Assembly: GCA_010015805.1 (NCBI GenBank)
Contig: ML978133.1
Span: forward strand, 806,001-860,553
Length of the DNA stretch: 54,553 bases
Origin: Rhizodiscina lignyota
Taxonomy: Eukaryota
Reading direction: 5' to 3'
Both the position numbers and the translations under genes were made by a program. Numbering within the stretch: the stretch's first letter is position 1; every line of letters starts with the position of its first letter. Shown here one piece after another: positions 13,590-23,764 of this stretch. A model generated the notes under the pieces. It was not told the DNA's origin. It searched no databases and worked only from the letters and a program-made list of their open reading frames with translations.

Positions 13590-14042
13590 AGGTATCTATA
13601 TAGTAAGAACCAACAAGGTTCACACTAATAACAGCCACATGCGCAAGATTACGGTCATGTAATTGTCCCATCGTTTTTAAAAGTGTTTTAAACCGACCCC
13701 TATACTCCGTAAAACGTGAGTTTGAGCCCGATGAATCGACCACGCCTCCCAACCATCGCTCGATGGTATGGAAAAAGTTCAGCCGAGTTATGGTACCACA
13801 AACTGGCATATTCTATACATTTAACACAAATCATGTTTATTCAAGTGGAGCGCTCTGAATAAGTACACTTCAAGACACATCGAATCAAGCTTCCAAAGCT
13901 GCTCTCGCATATGTTGAAGAACAAAGCTCGTTTATGCTGCACCCGTTCGCCTTCATTTGGCCCAACAGTCTGTCACCCACGAGAACCGCCGCAATTGGTT
14001 CCACTCATGTGCTGGCAAAATGATCACCCAGAATCCAGAGGT

Positions 14043-14064
14043 CGGACCCTATTTCAATAGCCCG
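14043..14064. promoter_or_regulatory. CGG-N16-CCG site proximal to the second qa-4-like gene
   Basis: CGGACCCTATTTCAATAGCCCG. Confidence 0.55.
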
Positions 14065-14205
14065 GCAACGCGGCTCTTCATCCCCGCTCTAGACACTGCA
14101 ATCGCGATATTGACAGTTCAAATTTAATAAGCTTAACATCGATATGCTTCTGTCTTCCAACTGAGGGCTTCTTCAAGTGCTAAAAGAGAAAGGTCGAGCA
14201 GCGCG

Positions 14206-15390
14206 ATGACTACTCTTCCAATTGCTCGGCCCATCGCGTGGCCGCCAGCGTCAATTCATAATGAGCTTGGAACTGCAACACTGTCTCTTGGAAATGCGAA
14301 AGAACACAGACTGGAACCTCGTTTGCGAGCAGCCGCCAAAGCAGGATTTCGGGGCATTGACCTTTTCGACGACTGTTGGGCTGCGTATCTTGAAGAGCAT
14401 GGCTTGGACGGGGAGCGCCTGTGGGAAGCGACACCCGAGAATCTTCAGATTGCGCGAAAACTAGGCGATCTGGTGAAGTCATTAGGGATGATAATTACTT
14501 GCACTCAGCCATTGCGCAAAATCGAAGGCATCAAAGATCCTGCGGAGCGGCGAGCGACTCTGGATTCTGTAGCTAAACGTTTTCCATTTATGCGAGCATT
14601 CGACACAGACCTGGTCTTCATGTGCGCTAGCATTAGAAACGATAGCGGTGTCACGTCGGACCTCAAGACTGTCGCAAAAGATCTGGCGGAGCTTGGTGAC
14701 ATGGCTGCGGCTTTCTCCAGAGCCGATGGTGGTCGGATGTTGAAGATCGGATACGAAGGACTCTCCTGGGCGACAAGGAACACTCTACATTCATCATGGG
14801 AGGTTGTTCGTGCGGCTAAGAGAGTTAATGTGGGACTGGTCGTCGATGCTTTCAATGTTTTGGCCGTGGAGTGGGCAGATCCGTACAACCCAGCTGGGCA
14901 TGGTCGTGTCTATTCGACGGTGGAAGAGTCTATTGAGATACTATGTCTCTCTCTCGCATCCTTCGTTAATTCTGTGCCTGGAGATCGGATATTCTTCTTC
15001 CAATGCGGCGACGCTGAACTGATGAATCCAAACACGTTCAGACCTCCCACAGATCCTGGTATCCCAGCTTTGCTTCCGTGGTCACGCGCCCATCGACTTT
15101 ATCCGTTTGAGGCATCTAAAGGTGGCTATATGCCGACTGATTTGGTTACGGCGGCAGTTTTAGCGACTGGATATACAGGCCAAATATCGCTCGAAGTGTT
15201 CAATCAGTTCTTGAACGTCCCAGGTGAGCATGTCCCGACAGAGGCCGCAAAGAGGGGTATCGTTGGTTTGAAGAAGCTCGTAGACTCGGTAAAAGACGTC
15301 CCTGCGTTTTGGAACGCGTCACAGAAAGTGTCTGTGGAGGATTTGGTCGGCTTATACATGTCTCAGAGGCGGGAGAGGTCCAGAATATAA
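14206..15390 (+). CDS. Sugar-phosphate isomerase/qa-4-like TIM barrel (3-dehydroshikimate dehydratase-like), copy 2, intronless
   Basis: ATLSLG...H.LE.RL.AAAKAGFRGIDLF, YEGLSWA, DAFN, QCGDA, WSR.HRLYPFE..GGYMP, GYTGQISLEVF; ends SRI*. Confidence 0.8.
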   Translation: MTTLPIARPIAWPPASIHNELGTATLSLGNAKEHRLEPRLRAAAKAGFRGIDLFDDCWAAYLEEHGLDGERLWEATPENLQIARKLGDLVKSLGMIITCTQPLRKIEGIKDPAERRATLDSVAKRFPFMRAFDTDLVFMCASIRNDSGVTSDLKTVAKDLAELGDMAAAFSRADGGRMLKIGYEGLSWATRNTLHSSWEVVRAAKRVNVGLVVDAFNVLAVEWADPYNPAGHGRVYSTVEESIEILCLSLASFVNSVPGDRIFFFQCGDAELMNPNTFRPPTDPGIPALLPWSRAHRLYPFEASKGGYMPTDLVTAAVLATGYTGQISLEVFNQFLNVPGEHVPTEAAKRGIVGLKKLVDSVKDVPAFWNASQKVSVEDLVGLYMSQRRERSRI

Positions 15391-15542
15391 GAAGTCGGGC
15401 AAGTGCTGAAGGCTAGATGAGAGCTACAAATCGTCCAACTGTGGACTTACAATTCTTTCATGACTTCATGTAAAAGGGAAAGGGAGGTACGAATTATGCG
15501 TTTAATTGACGACCTTGAAAGGCAGTCCTGATCTTCAGAGAT

Positions 15543-16592
15543 CTACGCTAATTTCCCAAGAACATAAGGATGACCAGCCGACAAAGCTCCATCGACAGCT
15601 ATTGCTTGACCATTCATGTAGCTTGCCTCGTCACTTCCCAGGAACAGGACGACTCTTGCAACCTCATCTGGCACAGCCCCTCTCTTCAGTGGGTTTAGCT
15701 GACCGATCTTCTTTTCCGTTCCCCTTGCTCTTGCCGATTCAAACATGGCATTTGTCATTCCTGTCTCGATTAGGCCAGGGCAGATCGCATTGCACCTGAT
15801 GCCAGTGCCAGAAAGCTGATATGAGCAAGTCTGCATTATAGAGATTACTGCCGCTTTCGCGGCAGAGTAGTCTGTCGTACCAGCGTTGGAGCGTATTCCA
15901 GCAGTAGACGCGGTACCGATGATAGAGCCGGAGGGATAGGGCTTCGAGGGGGAGGTCTTGAGCATAGCACGTGAACCATATTTAGCGGCGAGGAAGACAC
16001 TAGACCTTGATATCAGCGTACCGACGGCAGAGTGCGGTGACCGAAAGCAAACCTTAAGGCATTGACCTTCATCATCTTCATAAACTCCTCTGCCGTATAA
16101 TCATAGAACATCTTCCCACTGGAAATGCCCGCGTTGGCAAAGAATACGTCTAGCCTTCCATACTTCTCTACAGCTTCATCTACCACCGCTTTGACAGACG
16201 CTTCGTCCGATGCGTCAAATTGCCGGGTATGAACGTCCACCGCAGGATATAATGAGTTGATCTCTCGCTTATGAATGTCGAGATACTTTGAGTCGAAATC
16301 GCATATGAAGATCGCCTTAGCGCCGTTCTCAGCGTACTGGTGTGCGGTTGCTCGTCCGATCCCAAGGGGAGAGTTCGTGCCAGTGATTATCACTACCTTG
16401 TCCTTACACCTCCTTCAAAGGATATGTTAGTGGTGCAATTGTTCAATTGAGTTTCGAAGGCACTCACGGTCCCGCAGAAGCCCCAGCGACTTTGCGGATT
16501 TTTGGGATTCCTTCAAAGGTTCCAGCAGACGGTATTCCTTCGACGATCTCCTTGCTAATGCCAGCAAGCTGCCGTTTTGGTGGGGAAGGCAT
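15543..16592 (-). CDS. Short-chain dehydrogenase/reductase, 3 exons
   Basis: IITGTNSPLGIG, FFANAG, DYSAAKAA (YxxxK), NAICPGLIET, QAIAVDG. Confidence 0.9.
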
Positions 16593-16722
16593 GATGAATC
16601 TGAAGCGCTCGAGCCGAAGATGTAGATAAATTGACTGATTGAGATATAATCTGGAATTTGGCAAGCCCGCAAGCCCGCCTCTCAGAGGCCATGGTGCTGC
16701 GTGTGGAGAGTGAGGTGAGCTC

Positions 16723-16744
16723 CGGTGGAGCTCGGAGGGGACCG
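16723..16744. promoter_or_regulatory. CGG-N16-CCG site about 130 bp upstream of the second SDR
   Basis: CGGTGGAGCTCGGAGGGGACCG; spacer is GC-rich, unlike the other sites. Confidence 0.35.
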
Positions 16745-18086
16745 AGGCAAAGAGTTCGAGTGATATTTTGATGCGTGCCCCGAGCTTTCTACATACAACC
16801 TCCTCTTCGATATCAAGAACCGGATACCAAGCGGCAGTAGTATAATGTCAATTGGAGTAGCTACACTCCCTACCCATTTAGATAGACAGTTACCGAAGAA
16901 ATTCTAAGTTGGCTGGGTCTTCAATCTCGCGAACCTTGACGAAGGCTTCCACCGCATTGAACTGATATCGATTTTCGAATGGATTCAGAGCTGGAGACTC
17001 CTTACTTGAGCGTCTAGCGCAAACAGTTGCCTACAAATTAAGCGTGCAGCTTAATTCAACAGACTTGACATTAGAGCTATTGTCCACGATACGTCCAATC
17101 GCCTGCTTCTAAGTTCCTTTTATGTAGCAGTGATGCTCAAGCTATAAATATATCCATTTCGAAAGCATAATTATAGTCCTGAAAGGTTTCTCATGCTCGA
17201 CTCAAAGCCAGAAACAGGCTAACCTTAATTCACGAAGCTAATCTTCGGAATCTTCACTGACAGTCGCTTTCGACTCGTGCTTGGCCTCGCATTGGAGCGG
17301 TAGACTCGTCCTCATATTTGTAGTCGGAGTCGGAGTCGGAGGCATCTTTGGCCTTTATTCTCCCTTGTCCCTTCTGTATGAGTTTGCGCTTCTTGCGTTT
17401 CGGCGCATCTTAATTCGTTGTTAAAATGTATTACAGGGTGGACTTGGGCTTTCGTCATCCTTTGGGATACCTGTTGGACGCGTCTGAAGACCCGGGGATA
17501 AAATCATCGTCTTCTTCTTCTGTTAGCTCTCGGTTATGCTTCCTCCCAAAACATAGTGTTCAGATACCAGGTTGTTCTCGTCTGGGCCTGGTCCACTGGT
17601 GCTTCCCACGCACCGTGTTCGTCTCGATGTCTACCGCAGCCACGTCCACAAGTGTTTCCACGTCCATGTTAGCCCCGTAGCTGCAGCTTAACCATTAAAG
17701 ACGCATAATCTCTTTTTTACGTCTTTTGTTGATACGTCTATCTGCAATAATGGACTGTAGAGAACGAAATGGTCAAGCCTCGACCTGCGTAAATTGGCAA
17801 GAAAAAGTGAAACCTGCATATAATTGAACATATGCTGAACTGGTAGCCTCTTTCCTTACTACTTTATCGAAATTCGTGGAAAATAAGCTCTACGTGGGAG
17901 AGGTTGAGGCCACAGAGGTGGCTCCTGGCGGAATTGAACCGATGTGTCGCGCTGGGCGCAATACGTTGCAGACTCTCTTACACCAACTCACACCATAAGT
18001 TTGCCCAGGGATGTGAACACATTGCAAGTGTCCATCTCTAGTCTGACCCATCCACATTTCCGCTCCCTCCTTTGCATCTTGTCGGA

Positions 18087-18857
18087 CTAAGCCGTGGCGA
18101 TCTCCGTTATCGTTTGATAGAATTGAGCCGGATCATGAGCAAAACGGCCTAAGAAGAGCCCATCCACTCCAGTCTTCAGGTTTTCAAACAAACCAGGGCC
18201 AGCACTTCCGCCATAGAGAATGCGTGTAGTCCCACGTCTCTTTTGCACACAATCCAGTGATCTTATATCCTTTGTCACCGCAACCACATAATCTGCTCCA
18301 GCAGGCTGAGCTGCACCAATCGCCCAGACCGGCTCATAAGCCAGAATGACTTCCGCTTCATCGGGCACCGCCGCCATCACAGCCTCGACTTGGGCTTGAC
18401 ACTCATTGACGGCCACGGCAATCTCGCCCTGGGTGCGTTCACCAATGCAAACTAGAGGAATCATTCCATTTCTCGCAGCAGCTGCAGCCTTTCGTGCGGC
18501 ATCGTCATCTGTCTCACCAAAGATTCGTCTCCGTTCGGCATGGCCAAGCTCGACGATGCGACATCCAACTTCGGCAAGAACTGCGGGAGACACTTCACCA
18601 GTGTAGGCTCCTTTGTCTTCGTAAAATGAATCCTGAGCTCCTGTGAGGATCCTGCTGTTCTCTAATTGCGCGATGACGGACGTCAAGGTAACGAAATCCG
18701 GAATGATGAAGACATCGAGCTGATCCAGAATGTTTGACGACTTGGAAATATGTGTCAACAGTTCATCAGCGTACTGCTTTGTTCTCGCAGCCGAGAAGTA
18801 CATTTTGGTAGAGACACCTACAAGCCGGCGGCGAGGAGGGGAAGCCATTGTAGACAT
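18087..18857 (-). CDS. Triosephosphate isomerase-like protein (divergent TIM; probable L-erythrulose-1-phosphate isomerase type)
   Basis: GVSTKMY (vs NWKMN), GAYTGEVSP, GHAERR, AYEPVWAIG, ILYGGSA, DGLFLGR (vs DGFLVGGASL); intronless. Confidence 0.85.
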   Translation of the reverse strand: MSTMASPPRRRLVGVSTKMYFSAARTKQYADELLTHISKSSNILDQLDVFIIPDFVTLTSVIAQLENSRILTGAQDSFYEDKGAYTGEVSPAVLAEVGCRIVELGHAERRRIFGETDDDAARKAAAAARNGMIPLVCIGERTQGEIAVAVNECQAQVEAVMAAVPDEAEVILAYEPVWAIGAAQPAGADYVVAVTKDIRSLDCVQKRRGTTRILYGGSAGPGLFENLKTGVDGLFLGRFAHDPAQFYQTITEIATA

Positions 18858-19071
18858 TATAGTATGGGTTGACAAGTTGAAGTGAGTAGGATGATCTCGG
18901 TCGCGACACTTATTTCTTTATTCTCTTTGGGCCTAGCGTTTCCTTCTTCGATACTAGCGCCATTTCATCAGAAAGGTACACTATTGACTATCTTTCCCCC
19001 TGGATCTTTACACACCAACTCAAATTATTCTATTGCCTCATCCGACTAACTAGAATGAGTAGAAGTTCGAT

Positions 19072-19627
19072 TTACATATCCTTTTCTAGGTCGATTATAG
19101 CAGCCACTTTCGCCGCACTCGCGCTCTTCTCGTCGAATACGTAACCCAGCCACTCCTTAGCCAACCTCCGTGCAAGCTCCAGGCCAACTACTCTCTCGCC
19201 CATACAGAGGACTTGTGCATTGTTGCTGAGGACCGCCCTTTCCACCGAGAAACTATCATGCGCCGTTACTGCTCGGACGCCCTTGACCTTGTTCGCTGAA
19301 ATGGCGACGCCGAGTCCCGTCCCGCAAATGAGCAGAGCTCTGTCAACTTTGCCGTCGGCGACGAGTTTTGCAGCGTCTGCAGCTCGATGAGGGTATGCCG
19401 TTTTGTCTTCGGTTCCGAAGCTGCCGACATCTATCACGGACTCGACCCGAGGGTCCGCTTCGAAGTCGGCTTTGATCTTGTCCTTGTATGAGACGCCTGC
19501 ATCCTGAGGAGTAAGACCGGCTGTTAGCTTGCGTATGAAGTATTTGAGGCTCAGAATGAGCTCTTATCCGAAGGTAGGTGGAACTAACATCGCAGCCCAT
19601 GGCAATCTTCCACTTTGGAGCAGCCAT
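19072..19627 (-). CDS. rpiB: RpiB/LacA/LacB family sugar-phosphate isomerase (probable erythrulose-4-phosphate isomerase type)
   Basis: [51 protein letters not shown]; one intron. Confidence 0.9.
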
Positions 19628-20074
19628 CTTGTGGTTCTGGTTGTTTGTTCTGGACTTTACAGCTGGACTCCTGCATTTTAGCCACTGGAACTTTTTTTCG
19701 ACTGCTCATATGACGTTACACATGTGCGGAAAATACTAGTCCGGCTGTCAATGTGGATCTCGCCTGATTTCGGTTTACTCTATCAAGCGTCCCGACCGGG
19801 TCAATCACCGTCAGTAGCAATTTACCCCTCCATTTACCCCACCTATCTCGTGAGTAACTACGACGATTCAAGGCTTGTGAAAATATGGATGGGCAGAAGC
19901 TGTTAACTCTGAGTCCTAGTTTCTGACTTGTCGGAAACTTCCTCCTTCTCGCGAGGAAGACCACGATATCCAATTCGATCAGTGTACACCCGTATTCGAT
20001 ATACTCCCACCGTCTCTCATCCACAAGGTACACCTTATCCTACCACATAAAATAGCTGTTGATCGGAGCACATC

Positions 20075-21841
20075 ATGTCGAAACGACATTTGTTCGACTC
20101 CCCTGATGGACTCGTCGTAAAAGGACTTCGGGGCATCGTCGCGTACAACCCCTCACTGGGACTCGACGAGGCAAATAAAGTGGTCTTCGATACATCATAC
20201 AATAAGAACAATGTCTCTATAATTAGCGGAGGGGGTTCGGGACACGAGCCTGCTTGGTCTGGGTACGTGGGCCAGAATATGCTCGCGGCTGCAGTTCAGG
20301 GCGACATTTTTGCCTCTCCAAGTACAAAGCAGATTCTCGCAGGAATAGATGCCGTACCATCAGACAAGGGAACAATCCTGGTCGTCACAAATTACACAGG
20401 CGATTGCCTGCATTTTGGGCTCGCTTGTGAAAAGGCTATTGCAGCAGGCCATAAATGTCGGACAATTATCTGTGGTGACGACGTTTCGGTGGGAAGGCAA
20501 GGTAGTCTCGTTGGAAGACGCGGTCTGGCGGGCCAGATCGGTGTGTTGAAAGTAATGGGTGGTGCTTCTGGCGCTGGTGCTTCTCTCGACCAAGTCTACG
20601 ATCTTGGAGTTGCCTTCTCCCAGCAGATTGTATCCATTGCAGCCACACTCGATCATTGCCATGTGCCAGGTCGAACGGAGCATGGCATGTTTACCGGCGA
20701 CGAGATGGAGATTGGAACAGGCCCTCACAACGAACCTGGGTACAAGAAACTGTCACCAGCCCCATCGCCTCAGGATCTGGTTAAGCAGATTCTAACGTAT
20801 TGCCTGGATGAGAACGACTCAAACAGAGGATACGTCAAATTCGACCCTAGTGACGAGACCATGCTGCTCGTCAGCAACTTCGGCGGCATGTCAAATCTCG
20901 AGATGGGAGCATTAATTGACGAGCTGCTCGAGCAACTTGCGACGAATTGGAAGATTGAGCCGATACGCGTTTTCTGTGGTTTTCTCGAAACCTCACTCAA
21001 CGCACCGGCATTCTCAGTATCAGTGATTAACGTCACCGCTGCTGCAAAGAACTGCTCATACTCCGTGGATGAGATCAAGGCTTTCTTTGACATTAGGACG
21101 ACTACGAATTGGGAGTATGTGGCTGGCTCCCAATCGCAGCGGCGACCTCGAAAGGAGCAATTCGTGCAGCCGATACCGGAGGAAGGGAAGACTGTAGATG
21201 AAGCCAAGGACCTAAAGATCGATGCAAAGTTGCTGGACAAGATGCTCCGCAACGCCTGCGATGAGCTAATAGCTGCGGAGCCGGACTTGACAAAATGGGA
21301 TACAGTCATGGGCGACGGCGACTGTGGCGAGACACTCAAGACTGGAGCAAGCTCTCTGATTGCTGCCCTCGATTCAGGTCTGGCATCGAAGGGCTCCGTC
21401 GTCACCGTGCTGCAAGATCTGGAAGAGATCGTGGAAGGAAAGATGGGCGGCACTCTTGGTGGTATCCTCGGCATCTTCTTCGTCTCGATGCGCACTGCCC
21501 TTGAAGATAACGTCGCCCTCGCCCAGAGTGAAGGCATACCAAAGTTGTGGGCAAAAGCTATCAAAACCTCGTTGGACAATTTGAGCCGCTACACACCCGC
21601 AAAGGTCGGCGACCGCACAGTCATGGATACTCTCATTCCCTTTGCGGATGCATTGGGCTCCGGGAGCTTCGACGATGGTGTGAGCGCCGCTATCAAGGGA
21701 GCAGAAGCTACGAAGACGATGAAGCCAAGGCTTGGTCGAGCTACATATGTTGGAGCTGGCGCAGAAGACAAGGACCTGCCTCCTGATCCTGGAGCCTGGG
21801 GTGCCATGGTGGCTATCAGGGGCTTGAAATCGGGCACATGA
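20075..21841 (+). CDS. Dihydroxyacetone kinase family (Dak1+Dak2), probable tetrulose kinase
   Basis: SGGGSGHEPA, IFASPS, NYTGD, GRRGLAG, GPHNEPG, D..MGDGDCG, MGGTLG, GDRTVMD, GRATY, PDPGA; intronless 588 aa. Confidence 0.93.
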   Translation: MSKRHLFDSPDGLVVKGLRGIVAYNPSLGLDEANKVVFDTSYNKNNVSIISGGGSGHEPAWSGYVGQNMLAAAVQGDIFASPSTKQILAGIDAVPSDKGTILVVTNYTGDCLHFGLACEKAIAAGHKCRTIICGDDVSVGRQGSLVGRRGLAGQIGVLKVMGGASGAGASLDQVYDLGVAFSQQIVSIAATLDHCHVPGRTEHGMFTGDEMEIGTGPHNEPGYKKLSPAPSPQDLVKQILTYCLDENDSNRGYVKFDPSDETMLLVSNFGGMSNLEMGALIDELLEQLATNWKIEPIRVFCGFLETSLNAPAFSVSVINVTAAAKNCSYSVDEIKAFFDIRTTTNWEYVAGSQSQRRPRKEQFVQPIPEEGKTVDEAKDLKIDAKLLDKMLRNACDELIAAEPDLTKWDTVMGDGDCGETLKTGASSLIAALDSGLASKGSVVTVLQDLEEIVEGKMGGTLGGILGIFFVSMRTALEDNVALAQSEGIPKLWAKAIKTSLDNLSRYTPAKVGDRTVMDTLIPFADALGSGSFDDGVSAAIKGAEATKTMKPRLGRATYVGAGAEDKDLPPDPGAWGAMVAIRGLKSGT

Positions 21842-22058
21842 GGAGACCTATCGGTTTGTTGGCAATTCGCCTCCAACTATTGACTGAAAATAGTTAATGT
21901 TGACTGTATCATAATTTATCCCATTTCTCAGCGAGTCAAAGCAGACCGAGCCCTTGGAGCCCTGATAGCTAACCAAATTAGGAATAGCGTCATCTCATTA
22001 AAAGCGACATGCATTCTGTTTCTCCCACACACCAATTTATTTACATGTACGCAACTAT

Positions 22059-23764
22059 CTACACCTTGAAGGTAGTGCTCTTTATTTCCTCTGCTAGGCT
22101 CTCTCCAAACTCACCGCTATAGCCATTTGCCTCCAAGTACTCACGCCACTTAGTATCCTCGTTCTCCAGATCACGTTCCTTATCCGGGATGAAGAACCAA
22201 GAGATCAAGCCGCCAGTTAAAGCAAAAGCAGCACCAATCAGGAACGTACCCTGGTTTCCCTTTTCAGGGGTTGAGAAAGAGTCCTGAATTGGCGTGAAGA
22301 CTTGCGTACCAATTGCCGCACCCGCCTTGCCGACCTAATCAAAAAGTTAGCTTGGACACAAAACCACAATGATATCTGACTTACCGCCGCTGCAAAGCCT
22401 AAGAAATGGCCACGAAGAGGTGTTGGGAAGGATTCTGCGCCACAGAGGAAGGTTGCGACCTGGTCAAAAAGTTAGCGCCGAAACGGAATGACGATGATAC
22501 AAGACTTACACCTGGGCCCATCTCGCCAAGGCTGTTGAAAATGCCGTAGAGCACAATGAAGAGCGCGAAAACACTCTGGATTGGCTTCAGAGCGCCTCCG
22601 ATAATGAAACCAAGGAGGGACCACAAGAAGAAGCCAAGTGTCATAGTCTGCTTGCGTCCAATGCGGTCCATCAGGAGGCCACCGACAATGCACCCAGGGA
22701 GATAGAAGCAGTTGACAACGGTACCATAACCAATGTTTTGGATGAGAGTGTTGTTGGGATTAAGTTGGGCAATGATGGTACTCGAGAAAATGCCAAAGGG
22801 ATAGGTGACGAAGTCGTACATGAACCACGACAGAGACGTTCCCAGCATTGGCTTCCAGTATCTCTTAATGGCGAGCCAGTATGGAATCTTGTTCTTCATC
22901 GCATGCTTCCGGTACTGCGTCGAGTTGATGATTCGGATACGGAAGAAGAAGAGAGTGACTGGCAAGACAAATCCCAGGCCAAAGCAGACTCGCCATACTC
23001 CGACGGAGGTGCGCTCATTGTAAGCGGCGAGGACGATGAGGGCGACAACACCAGCAACCACAAAGCCAAGGTCGATGGAAAAGTCTGTGGACATGGCGAC
23101 GAGAATACCGCGACGCTTGCGAACGAGAGGTGATTCATCGGAAGCCTCGGCGGTACCAGTGCCGCAGACTGGATATTCGCCTCCTGCTCCAAAGCCAGCT
23201 ACTCCTCGTCCGACGATCATCATCCAGAACATGCCCAGTTGGCTAGTACCATGAGCGGCCGTTGCAAGAACGACACCCAATACAAGGAAGGCTGTAGCGA
23301 AAATGATACCGGTTCGCCTTCCCATCTTGTCGATGGCCCACCCAAAGAACAGCATCCCAAAGATTTCGCCAATGAGGTAAGAATTGCTGAGACGAGTCTT
23401 GATAGTCGACGAGATGCCATCTGGATACAGGTCGCTAAATAGCGGCTCCATATAACCAATTATCTACTCAGTGTCAACACAATGTCATCAGTGCCAAATC
23501 CACATTGGGTGTAGCGCTACCTGCGCATTGTATCTAGACATGTAATTAGTACAAGATTCTTATCAGGTGTACAGCTACCAACCCATCGGAAAACAGTGCA
23601 AGTCCAGAGACTACTACAGTCATAATTGACGAGATGCGTGTAATCTTCTGAGTAACACTTATGTCGACCCCATCGGCCACGCCAGTCGTAATAGCAACCT
23701 GAGGGTCCTTGGGGTCACGATCCTGGAGATCAAAATCAGGAACATTATCCTTGTTATTGCTCAT
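22059..23764 (-). CDS. GIT1: MFS glycerophosphodiester/phosphate permease, Git1-like
   Basis: SGLALFSDGY, GEIFGMLFFG..ID..GRR, GAGGEYP, WFMYDF..YPFG, DRIGRK, GEMGPG, ESFPT..RG.FLG.AAA.GK.GA..GTQVF. Confidence 0.85.

Noticed and set aside
6120..15390. Canonical qa/qut quinate cluster
   Set aside because: No quinate dehydrogenase, dehydroquinase, repressor or GGRTAA-N4-TTAYCC sites seen in the window
18087..18857. Glycolytic tpiA
   Set aside because: Lacks NWK and GGASL motifs; context with RpiB and DAK points to the tetrulose-phosphate isomerase subfamily
20770..21579. 269-aa minus-strand ORF
   Set aside because: Antisense shadow of the DAK gene; no motifs
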